Positions 36,032-43,222 of a stretch of DNA of 46,603 nucleotides are shown here, piece after piece; positions within the stretch are counted from its first letter, which is position 1, and the number at the start of each line of letters is the position of its first letter. This DNA comes from Minisyncoccota bacterium (lineage in GTDB: Bacteria > Patescibacteriota > Microgenomatia > UBA1400 > PJMF01): assembly GCA_012515515.1 (NCBI GenBank), contig JAAYYE010000012.1, positions 1-46,603 on the forward strand, written 5' to 3'. The notes below the pieces were generated by a model. That model made no database searches. It worked only from the letters and a program-made list of their open reading frames with translations, and had not been told where the DNA came from. The position numbers and the translations under genes are program-made.

Positions 36032-36693
36032 ACTAATTCCTTTCCAAACTTACTAAATTCTTCATTAAAATTTTGCGCTGTAAATAAAGCAGAACCAATT
36101 GCTATTTGATCAACTTTGGCTGCTTGCAAGGCGCTCACATGATTGATTTTGATACCGCCATCAACCATAATTTTTACTTCTTTATTGAGTTTTTTCATTA
36201 AAGCATGAAGCTGCTCAATTTTACTAAATACACTTTGGTTAAAAGCTTGACCTTGCTCTCCTGCTTCCACAGCCATTAATAAAATGTGGTCTAAATATTC
36301 CCAAGCTGTGGTTTCAATGCTTTCTAAAGGCGTATGAAGATTGAGCGCTAAACCAGCTTGCCAACCAGCCCTTTTGACTTCTTCTAAAAAAGCTGACTGT
36401 TGAGACATTTTCTCTACTTGGCCAGTCACTGACTGAGTCGGCAACTGTTGCCTACAATCAATGAGTTCCCAAACATAATCCATTGGTTCTTCTGTCATTA
36501 AGTGAAAATCAATGCTAAGTGCTCCAAAATCAAAATCTACTAAATCACTGGGAGTAATGGTGATGTTATCAGTAAATAGAGCATCAATCACATCAACTTG
36601 GATAGTTTTGATTGTCGATTCTTGCTTGACCAATGCCAATTGCTGAGCAAAAGTAGCCACACTATCAGTTAAAATCGCAGGATAAATTTGCAT
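36028..36693 (-). CDS. rpe: Ribulose-phosphate 3-epimerase family protein (divergent)
   Basis: 221 aa with Rpe-like blocks: PAILT, QVDVIDALF, IDFHLM, ILLMAVEAGEQGQAF, MVDGGI and IGSALF. By my eye alignment, the first metal-ligand His of canonical HxDVMD is Gln here. Confidence 0.65.
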   Translation of the reverse strand: MQIYPAILTDSVATFAQQLALVKQESTIKTIQVDVIDALFTDNITITPSDLVDFDFGALSIDFHLMTEEPMDYVWELIDCRQQLPTQSVTGQVEKMSQQSAFLEEVKRAGWQAGLALNLHTPLESIETTAWEYLDHILLMAVEAGEQGQAFNQSVFSKIEQLHALMKKLNKEVKIMVDGGIKINHVSALQAAKVDQIAIGSALFTAQNFNEEFSKFGKELV

Positions 36694-36698
36694 GCTGT

Positions 36699-37133
36699 TT
36701 AATTTTCGTAGTCACTAATTTGTTTAATTCTTCTTAAATGCCGTTCATCTTGGCTGGCTTGCGTCTTAAAAATTAGAGATAGACAGTTTAACACATCTTC
36801 TCTTTTTAAGAAATCAGCGCCGAAGGCAAACACATTAGCGTGATTATCTCTCACAGCATGTTGAGCAATAAGCGGATTATAAATATCAACCGCTCTAATA
36901 CCCTTAACTTTATTAGCAGCAATCACCATTCCTGAACCAGAACGACAAAACAGCAAACCAATGGCGTCGGGATCTTGACTAACTTTTTCTGCCACTAAAA
37001 AGGCATATTGTGGATAGTCATCATGAGGATCGAGCTGTTGAGGACCAAGATCAATAAACTCTTGTTCCAAAAAAGCTTTTACTGTTTCTTTTAGCTGAAA
37101 TCCCCCGTGATCGCTGGCTAGATAAATTTTCAT
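36699..37133 (-). CDS. rpiB: Ribose-5-phosphate isomerase B (RpiB/LacAB family)
   Basis: Begins MKIYLASDHGGFQLK, with CRSGSGMVIAANKVKGIRA. I chose the start at 37133 (37139 is an alternative). The N-terminal extension listed in the ORF track, to 37184, runs into the upstream terminator hairpin. Confidence 0.88.
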   Translation of the reverse strand: MKIYLASDHGGFQLKETVKAFLEQEFIDLGPQQLDPHDDYPQYAFLVAEKVSQDPDAIGLLFCRSGSGMVIAANKVKGIRAVDIYNPLIAQHAVRDNHANVFAFGADFLKREDVLNCLSLIFKTQASQDERHLRRIKQISDYEN

Positions 37134-37171
37134 AGACATATCATAACAAAGAAAAGAGAAATTCCGCAAAT

Positions 37172-37205
37172 AAAAATCCCGCACCTATAAAAATGCGGGA
37201 TTTTA
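37172..37205 (-). terminator. Rho-independent terminator after the 66-aa gene
   Basis: The minus strand reads ATCCCGCA-tttttataggt-GCGGGAT followed by TTTTTAT. The 8-bp stem arms are at 37194..37201 and 37176..37183. It starts ~20 nt after the stop at 37224. Confidence 0.75.
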
Positions 37206-37223
37206 ATCGATAAATGAAAAAAA

Positions 37224-37424
37224 TTATTTTTTCTTCAATACTGGCATGCCAGTTCGAGTGGTTTCAACCACCATATAGCCGGCTGGAACAGCACTCAAAG
37301 AGCCATCACGAACATCTCGTGCAAAAAAGTAAATGGTTTGCACGCGGCCATTTTTTAGGGTCACATCACGAGTGTGAAGATAATAGGTCTGACCTTTTTT
37401 GTTGACATAGCTAAAAGCTGCCAT
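37224..37424 (-). CDS. Small basic protein of unknown function with an internal sequence repeat
   Basis: 66 aa. It has a strong Shine-Dalgarno sequence (AAAGGAG, 6 nt from the ATG) and its own terminator. An internal repeat is GQTYYLHTRDV / VQTIYFFARDV. The overlapping plus-strand ORF at 37214..37405 has no such signals. Confidence 0.7.
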   Translation of the reverse strand: MAAFSYVNKKGQTYYLHTRDVTLKNGRVQTIYFFARDVRDGSLSAVPAGYMVVETTRTGMPVLKKK

Positions 37425-37564
37425 ATTAGTCTCCTTTGTTCTGACATCTAGCCAGAATAATTGCTAATTACTAATTTCTAGATTAACATACTTGACTGGT
37501 ATATCAAGACGCAATTTTGTTTTTTAACTATCAAATTGTATCAAAGAGCATCAATTATCAGCTA

Positions 37565-38059
37565 TTACTCAATGGTCCCTCTTAGTAAAGCGTCCTCAAG
37601 TAATAAATCTGATTCTGTACTCACTACTACTTCCACTGGTATAACTTCGGCCGGCACCGAGGCTGAGCCAATATAACCAGCCTTAGAATAAACTAAAGTG
37701 AAAACTTTTTTCTTCGTGTCGCCATCAACATCTTTTAACCATACCGCAAAAGCTTCTTTACTATCTGGTAAATTGGCTGTCACCGTAAAATTTAGTTTAT
37801 CATCTAGTAATTGGTAGCGAATTTCACCCTTACTCTCACCCTCAGATGACAAAGCTATTGTAGAGAAATCAGCTGTACCCAGAATAATACTTTCTTCATG
37901 TTCTTGAGTTAAATCAGTAATTTCTAATTCACTAGATAAAAGACTTTTGCCTTGTTCAGCTACTCGAGCCGAATACCAACGCACAAACATAAAGACGACA
38001 AAAGCAAAAGCTAAAATTGGGAAAATATAGGGAGCAAATTTTTTAAGTTTTTCTTTCAT
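37565..38059 (-). CDS. Membrane-anchored hypothetical protein (extracytoplasmic domain possibly RskA-like)
   Basis: 164 aa with an N-terminal TM segment (YIFPILAFAFVVFMFV). The soluble domain contains an AFAVWLKDVDG segment reminiscent of anti-sigma-K RskA C-terminal domains. The functional call is weak. Confidence 0.55.
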   Translation of the reverse strand: MKEKLKKFAPYIFPILAFAFVVFMFVRWYSARVAEQGKSLLSSELEITDLTQEHEESIILGTADFSTIALSSEGESKGEIRYQLLDDKLNFTVTANLPDSKEAFAVWLKDVDGDTKKKVFTLVYSKAGYIGSASVPAEVIPVEVVVSTESDLLLEDALLRGTIE

Positions 38060-38166
38060 GAGACCTTTGGCGCTGCCAGTAATTGTTATATTATGATACT
38101 ATTTTGAAGTATAAATAATAAGCTGTCAAGATCACTTCATTTTACCATTATAGGCTTAGAGGCGCG

Positions 38167-38739
38167 CTAATCAAGTTTTTTCTGCCAATTTCGTCCATAC
38201 CACAAACCGATTGCCAATTTAGCAATTGATGCATATTCCTCTGTTCGATCAATAAAATTATCAGTTAAAACAGCAATTGCCCCACTTTTTCGCTTCAGTT
38301 GAGCATCTTTAAACAAAGCACCCACTACCACACCTAATTCTTTGCCCGCTAACACAGCATCGCCCAGTCGCTCAGGCAAACGAAAGCGAGCACCACTAGC
38401 GGAATAAACTTGCTCTTCCTGATCTAAAACACTAATCCAGACCGTCGACCATAATTCCCGTTTTTTGTTGGCAAAAGTCGGACGATAAACTCCGCCCTCA
38501 GCCCCAATAAAAAGAACTTCTTCTTGAGCAGAGCATAAATTTTGGGCAAGAACCAGTTTTTTTAAAGCTTGAGCACGGTTGATTGAACCTCTCAAAGTCT
38601 CTTCATCAGACATTGGTTGCGCCGACACACCGCTATTCACCTCTATTCCAATCACTTCGGCTTTGGGATAGCTATCACTCACAGCAATCTTAACGGCATT
38701 AATTTTCACTGGATTTTTTGAAGCAACAAAAATTTTCAT
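38167..38739 (-). CDS. Inosine/xanthosine triphosphatase (YjjX / NTPase I-T family)
   Basis: 190 aa with MKIFVASKNPVKINAV, SGVSAQPMSDEETLRGSINRA and SGAIAVLT..IDRTEEY, which matches the YjjX pattern. Confidence 0.78.
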   Translation of the reverse strand: MKIFVASKNPVKINAVKIAVSDSYPKAEVIGIEVNSGVSAQPMSDEETLRGSINRAQALKKLVLAQNLCSAQEEVLFIGAEGGVYRPTFANKKRELWSTVWISVLDQEEQVYSASGARFRLPERLGDAVLAGKELGVVVGALFKDAQLKRKSGAIAVLTDNFIDRTEEYASIAKLAIGLWYGRNWQKKLD

Positions 38740-39674
38740 TATTCACTTAAAAAACCTCGTAAAATTAAGTCTTCGGCTTCTTTAGCAGTTAAACCACGAC
38801 TCCTCAAATAAAGAATTTGCTCGGCTGACAATTTACCAATAAAAGCTTCGTGAGTGAGTTGTGCATCTGGATTTTCCACCATTAACTCAGGAATTAAACC
38901 AAGTTTAGCCTTTTTATCTAACATTAAAGCAGCACAATCCAAATGACCCTTAGCCGCAGCTTGAGCAATAATTTTTGACCTAGCTTGGACCTGAGCCCCT
39001 TTCCTCCCAACAATCCGTAAGGTTGAGATGGCATTGGCGCCCGCTCCTTCTAAATAGGCAATATCTGTTAAATTAATGTTTGTCTGTTGACAGTCGGCCA
39101 AAATTTTTAAATCAGAGCGGGCGCCTTTCGCCAGATGCATTTGAGCTAGCAAATTCATGCTCGCCGCTGCTGTTTCAATTTTGTAAGTATATTCTAAACT
39201 GGCTCCCTCCTCCAAAAAAAACTGATAATCTGTCGAAACTTGATCTTGTTTGTCCCAATTATGCAAATGTTGATAATATAAGCTAGAACCTTTGCGTAAC
39301 ACTAATTTACCTCTGGATTGATGGTGGCGCTTATTGGCCAGCTTAAGCTCACTAAGAAAGCCCGTTGATTCACAGGTTCCTGTTAAATCAACATAAAGAC
39401 CTGCTTCAATCACTATTAAATTATTTAGTTCTTGTTTTGTCCCAGGTTTGTCTAAAGCAATACAGCTTAACAAAGAACAATCCGGTTGTTCTTTTATCCA
39501 GATAAAGTAGCCCTCTTTTGGCTTGTTAATAAAATATTTTCTAGTCCAAATATATTTATCCCAAGCTTCAGCTGAACTCATCACCACCGAGCCAGAAAGG
39601 CTTAATATTTCCTCTAGATGGTGGTCTAAGAGTTTATAGGCGGTTTTGACAGTTTTCACATTTTTGATAGCCAT
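38739..39674 (-). CDS. SufB/SufD-family Fe-S cluster scaffold protein (short form)
   Basis: 311 aa with a beta-helix-like repeat region and a conserved C-terminus (THEAFIGKLSAEQILYLRSRGLTAKEAEDLILRGF). It is paired with sufC and shorter than typical SufB or SufD. Confidence 0.8.
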   Translation of the reverse strand: MAIKNVKTVKTAYKLLDHHLEEILSLSGSVVMSSAEAWDKYIWTRKYFINKPKEGYFIWIKEQPDCSLLSCIALDKPGTKQELNNLIVIEAGLYVDLTGTCESTGFLSELKLANKRHHQSRGKLVLRKGSSLYYQHLHNWDKQDQVSTDYQFFLEEGASLEYTYKIETAAASMNLLAQMHLAKGARSDLKILADCQQTNINLTDIAYLEGAGANAISTLRIVGRKGAQVQARSKIIAQAAAKGHLDCAALMLDKKAKLGLIPELMVENPDAQLTHEAFIGKLSAEQILYLRSRGLTAKEAEDLILRGFLSE

Positions 39675-40350
39675 ATTGTTTAATGGTATTTAATACTTTT
39701 TTTATGTCTCGACTTTGGCAAATCACTTTGCCTTGGCGCAAAATAGCAATTTTTTGCGGTTTAATTTCTTCCAAGACGGCTCCTGAATGGGTAATGATTA
39801 ATAAAGCTATTTTTCTTTTTTTTAATTCTTTTTTTAAGGCAGTTAAGACAATTTTTTTATTTTCAATATCTAGGCCAGAGTCTAATTCATCAATTACTAA
39901 TAGGCGTGGATTTTGGTTTAAAACTTGCACTAGCTCGGCAATTTTCTTTTCTCCTCCAGAAAAATTATTATTTAGTTCTCTAAATAGCAGGGCATCTGCT
40001 AATTGATAATCATAATCTCCATCATGAATTTCTTGAATTAAATTGAGCAGGGTGAATAATTCAACTCCCTTGATGACTGGTGGCTGTTGCCAAACAAAGG
40101 CTAAGCCTAATTTAGCTCTTTCTTCTGCTTTTAAACTAAGGAGGTTTTTCCCTAAAAAAGTAATTTGACCACTTTTAATTTTATAGTCTTCATCGCCGAG
40201 TAATGCTCTCACTAAAGTTGATTTGCCAGCCCCATTGGCTCCCATTAATGCCAAAGATTCTCCTGGATTAATCTTCAAAGAAATGTTCTTAAGAATGAGC
40301 TTGTCACCGGCTAAAACCTGCAAATCTTTAATTTCTAAAATTTCTGTCAT
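39634..40350 (-). CDS. sufC: Fe-S cluster assembly ATPase SufC
   Basis: 238 aa with Walker A (GANGAGKST), the ABC signature (FSGGEKK) and Walker B (LLVIDELDSGLD). Its C-terminal CENC tail lies inside a 41-nt overlap with the next gene. Confidence 0.9.
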   Translation of the reverse strand: MTEILEIKDLQVLAGDKLILKNISLKINPGESLALMGANGAGKSTLVRALLGDEDYKIKSGQITFLGKNLLSLKAEERAKLGLAFVWQQPPVIKGVELFTLLNLIQEIHDGDYDYQLADALLFRELNNNFSGGEKKIAELVQVLNQNPRLLVIDELDSGLDIENKKIVLTALKKELKKRKIALLIITHSGAVLEEIKPQKIAILRQGKVICQSRDIKKVLNTIKQYGYQKCENCQNRL

Positions 40351-40377
40351 TAGTTTTTATTGTTTTTTATTAATTTA

Positions 40378-40419
40378 TTAATTTTTAGAATTTGCTAATT
40401 AATTTTTAGCATTTGCTAA
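40378..40419. repeat. Tandem 21-nt duplication (20/21 identical) spanning the Nudix gene stop
   Basis: ttaatttttagaatttgctaa at 40378..40398 and ttaatttttagcatttgctaa at 40399..40419. The second copy encodes the last 6 codons (LANAKN) and the stop of the Nudix gene. Confidence 0.85.
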
Positions 40420-40902
40420 TCTTGAAAAAGCATTTTTTATCATATCTTTAATAAATTCTCCCTTGGCTTCGCCAAAGTTGTAATTATCAAGTTCTTCCAG
40501 AGTAATCCAAGCTTGATCTAGATGTTCATCAGAGATTTTCACTACTTCTTGGTCGGTGTCTGTAAAATTGATGCCCCAGCCACAAATAACAGTGTAAATT
40601 TGCCGATCAGCTTCAAAATAAGTCATGAAAAAAAGCAAATGCTCTAGATCAAATATCTCAGGATTAACTGCTAAATTACTCTCTTCTTTGACTTCTCTGG
40701 CAATGTCTAATTGGTGCAAATCTGCCACACTGTTTTGTTGTGCTTGTGGCCATTCGGCATTGCCACCGGGCAAATCCCAAGCCCCAGGTCTTGAACTGAC
40801 ATTATTCCGTTTTAAAATCAAGGCCCGCTGCTGCCCTTGTTCAGTTTTCATAATAACAACTTTGTGTAAAAATTTAACCTGATCTGTTAGTTGTTGTTTC
40901 AT
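40399..40902 (-). CDS. Nudix hydrolase (atypical Nudix box)
   Basis: 167 aa. AREVKEESNL matches REUxEExxU. The upstream Gly (LPGGNAEW) is separated from it by a longer-than-canonical insert. Confidence 0.7.
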   Translation of the reverse strand: MKQQLTDQVKFLHKVVIMKTEQGQQRALILKRNNVSSRPGAWDLPGGNAEWPQAQQNSVADLHQLDIAREVKEESNLAVNPEIFDLEHLLFFMTYFEADRQIYTVICGWGINFTDTDQEVVKISDEHLDQAWITLEELDNYNFGEAKGEFIKDMIKNAFSRLANAKN

Positions 40903-40920
40903 AAATACTTTCTCTTTGAG

Positions 40921-40929
40921 ATTATAGCA
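40921..40929 (-). promoter_or_regulatory. Extended -10 element TGcTATAAT upstream of the Nudix gene
   Basis: The minus strand reads aacTGcTATAAT, then 18 nt, then the ATG at 40902. It lies in the 63-nt spacer. Confidence 0.35.
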
Positions 40930-40965
40930 GTTAATTGCCTGATACTTTAAAAGCTAAATATAGCT

Positions 40966-41550
40966 TTAAAGAAAACTCATCTGAGTTCCATTAGCCTTTT
41001 GAGCAATAAAGGTAAAATCAACTGGAGCTTCAATTAAGCGATTCCATTTATTGCGAAACTTAACTGTCCCATTTTTCAAACCATAATCGTAAATATCCCG
41101 AGTCAGCTTGACGTCTTCTAAACAATATTTTTCAAGAGAACTAAAATCGCCATTATGATAATAGCGAATCGCATCTAAACCATCGCCGATTTTGCCCGCT
41201 CCCAAAGTTTCTTTGGCAACTGCGTCTAAACTAATTCTATGACCAACACTGGTTTTAATCCGTGATAGCAAATCCAGTGTGGGGATTTTTTTAATATCTG
41301 CTTGATAATAAGCGCTTAGGGTGGGCATATCAAAACCATCAATGTTAAAGCCAATGACGACATCGGCTCTTTCCAGTAAAGAAAACAGCTTGGCTAAATC
41401 ATCCTCAAAAAAAGATAACATTTGCCCAGTTTTTTGGCCATTTTCTCTTAAACAGGCGCCAACAAAAGAAATTCCTAATTTTTCGGGGAAAAAACCCCCA
41501 ACGTCATCAAAGGTTTTTTTAGTTTCTACATCTAATACCAACTCCAACAT
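40966..41550 (-). CDS. DEDDy-type 3-prime-5-prime exonuclease (RNase H-like fold, PolB-exonuclease-related)
   Basis: 194 aa with ExoI (LDVETKK), ExoII (GFNIDGFDMPTL) and ExoIII (YCLEDVKLT) motifs. Confidence 0.7.
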   Translation of the reverse strand: MLELVLDVETKKTFDDVGGFFPEKLGISFVGACLRENGQKTGQMLSFFEDDLAKLFSLLERADVVIGFNIDGFDMPTLSAYYQADIKKIPTLDLLSRIKTSVGHRISLDAVAKETLGAGKIGDGLDAIRYYHNGDFSSLEKYCLEDVKLTRDIYDYGLKNGTVKFRNKWNRLIEAPVDFTFIAQKANGTQMSFL

Positions 41551-41602
41551 AGAGCACTATCCTAAAATAACTTTGCTTCGTCTGCAAGTTCAAATTTGAC
41601 TA

Positions 41603-42229
41603 TTATTTATTGGCCAATGCCTTTAGATATCTCTTTTCCACCGCTGAAAAATCCACTACTTGCCACCAAGCGTCTAGATAGTCAGCACGGCGATTTTGAT
41701 ATTTTAAATAGTAGGCATGTTCCCAAACATCAACGCCTAAAATTGGCTGATGATGTAAAGATAAGGGCGAATCTTGATTGGCTAAAGCGTACATTTGTAG
41801 TTGTTTTTGCTCATCTACAACCAGCCAAGCCCAGCCAGAACCAAATTGACCAAGAGCTAAATTTTTAAAATCCTCTTTCAACTTAGGCAAACCACCCATT
41901 TCTTCTATCTTGTTTTTTAATTCGCCAGTTGGCGTTCTGACTCCATCTGGAGACATAATTTCCCAAAAAAGATTGTGGTTAAAAAAACCGCCGCCATGAT
42001 TTTTTAAAGCCAGCCACACTGAATCATCAATTTTTCCATTTAAGTCATTTAAGCGCCATAAGACCTGTTCAACGGTGACATCTTTAAGCTCTGGAAGACT
42101 TTCCCAGGCTTGTTTATACTTATCAAAATAAGCTTGATGGTGTTTGTCATGATGCACTCTCATAGTTGCCTCATCGATATAGGGTTCCAGCGCGTCATAA
42201 GCATAAGGTAAAGTGGTCATTTCTAGCAT
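41603..42229 (-). CDS. Superoxide dismutase (Fe/Mn family)
   Basis: The chosen start gives MLEMTTLPYAYDALEPYIDEATMRVHHDKHH, and the protein also carries DVWEHAYYLKYQNRRADY. The ATG at 42229 is preceded by an AAGGA Shine-Dalgarno sequence. The ORF track's 28-aa hydrophobic extension is not SOD-like. Confidence 0.93.
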   Translation of the reverse strand: MLEMTTLPYAYDALEPYIDEATMRVHHDKHHQAYFDKYKQAWESLPELKDVTVEQVLWRLNDLNGKIDDSVWLALKNHGGGFFNHNLFWEIMSPDGVRTPTGELKNKIEEMGGLPKLKEDFKNLALGQFGSGWAWLVVDEQKQLQMYALANQDSPLSLHHQPILGVDVWEHAYYLKYQNRRADYLDAWWQVVDFSAVEKRYLKALANK

Positions 42230-42260
42230 AAGTCCTTTTTTATTTAATAAAGCAAATTTT

Positions 42261-42269
42261 AGTATAGCA
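42261..42269 (-). promoter_or_regulatory. Extended -10 element TGcTATACT upstream of sod
   Basis: The minus strand reads ttTGcTATACTaaaa, 31 nt upstream of the sod ATG. It is part of a 15-nt motif repeated identically at 43184..43198. Confidence 0.35.
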
Positions 42270-42300
42270 AAATTATAATAAATAATCAATAATAAAAAAG

Positions 42301-42314
42301 ATTGATTTATCAAT
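42301..42314. promoter_or_regulatory. Perfect 14-bp palindrome ATTGAT-TT-ATCAAT in the sod upstream region (candidate operator)
   Basis: The inverted repeat is seen directly. It lies between two TGcTATACT elements (42261..42269 and 42323..42331) and next to ATAAT-rich repeats (42275..42293). Confidence 0.25.
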
Positions 42315-42341
42315 GTTTAAACAGTATAGCAAACAATAATT

Positions 42342-43181
42342 TTACCCAAACGGTTCAAGCACTAATTCTTCAGCAATGCGATTTAATTCAATGATTTGAT
42401 CACGAAGTTGAGTTCGCACAAAATTTTCTAAGCCCGACCAATCAAACTCTTGATCATTTTGTCGAAACTGAGCTAATTCTTGCCACAAAAAATTGCCCAA
42501 ATAAAAACCTCTGGCTCCATTCTCCATAGCCAGACGAAAACTATCTTTAAATTGAGTATAAGTTAATTTCTGACGATAATCAGCACTCAATAACCAGGGA
42601 ATATCTAATTCACTACTAATCGTCGCGGCTAATAAAGGATCATTAATGTTGTCCAATACTAAAATATCAGCAAATCGCCACAGCTCTTGCACACTACTGA
42701 GCAACACTTCTTCATTATCAAAATTAGCATTTAACTTGAGTAAGAAATCAATCTGAATATCTTGACTGTAATTTCTGATTTCCGCCAACAATTGTTTTTT
42801 GGCTAAGGCCTGTTCTTCATGAGCCTGATAATTAATTGCCAACTTGGCTAAAGCATAATTATTCTTGATTTCCATGAGTGAAAAATTAGGAAAGAGTTGC
42901 GGAAGCGCTTGAATATCAGGCTCTTGGTGTTGTTCTAAGCGAATGATGGCTCCTGCCTGATGTGCTTTGTTGCCTAATAAAGGCAAACTGTAAATTGGAT
43001 CAACAACAATCCCACTTACTTCTTGAGACAATTCAAGCAATAAATTTAAAACTTGAGTTAAAAAAGCTAAATTATCAACCAGATTTAAATCTAAAGATAA
43101 AATATTAGCTAAATCAACAACATCATCTAGCGCTAAAACACTAAAAAGCTGACGCTGACGACTGATCGCGGACAATTTCAT
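42342..43181 (-). CDS. LacD/DeoC-type class I aldolase-like protein (tagatose-bisphosphate aldolase family homologue, possibly non-catalytic)
   Basis: 279 aa. Recalled block similarity to LacD:
- SVLALDD vs SALAFDQ
- SGIVVDPIYSLP vs SSILLDPEYGLP
- ALAKLAINY vs NAVKFLLYY
- IPWLLSA vs LPYIYLSAG
- ENGARGFYLG vs EAGAKFNGVLCG

The family call rests on my eye alignment only. Confidence 0.45.
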   Translation of the reverse strand: MKLSAISRQRQLFSVLALDDVVDLANILSLDLNLVDNLAFLTQVLNLLLELSQEVSGIVVDPIYSLPLLGNKAHQAGAIIRLEQHQEPDIQALPQLFPNFSLMEIKNNYALAKLAINYQAHEEQALAKKQLLAEIRNYSQDIQIDFLLKLNANFDNEEVLLSSVQELWRFADILVLDNINDPLLAATISSELDIPWLLSADYRQKLTYTQFKDSFRLAMENGARGFYLGNFLWQELAQFRQNDQEFDWSGLENFVRTQLRDQIIELNRIAEELVLEPFG

Positions 43182-43187
43182 CCTTTT

Positions 43188-43196
43188 AGTATAGCA
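43188..43196 (-). promoter_or_regulatory. Extended -10 element TGcTATACT, 6 nt upstream of the LacD-like ATG (candidate leaderless promoter)
   Basis: The minus strand reads tatTTGcTATACT-aaaagg-ATG, with the ATG at 43181. It lies in the 41-nt pnp-to-next-gene spacer. Confidence 0.35.
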
Positions 43197-43222
43197 AATA
43201 AAGGCTGCTAAGTATCTATTTT

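Noticed and set aside
37214-37405. A plus-strand 63-aa ORF overlapping the 66-aa minus-strand gene.
   Set aside because: The minus-strand ORF has a strong Shine-Dalgarno sequence and a downstream intrinsic terminator. The plus-strand ORF starts inside that terminator region, has no Shine-Dalgarno sequence and has a His/Ser/Cys-rich atypical composition.
38060-38166. TTGACA-17-CAAAAT promoter-like sequence upstream of the anchored 164-aa gene.
   Set aside because: The -35 is perfect, but the -10 lacks the critical first T and has no TG extension. It is too weak to report as a feature.
42230-42313. The hydrophobic N-terminal extension of the SOD ORF, and similarly 37134..37184 for rpiB.
   Set aside because: The extensions are not homologous to the respective families. 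They are made of AT-rich intergenic sequence carrying promoter-like and terminator elements. The internal ATGs give canonical N-termini, and the SOD one has an AAGGA Shine-Dalgarno sequence.
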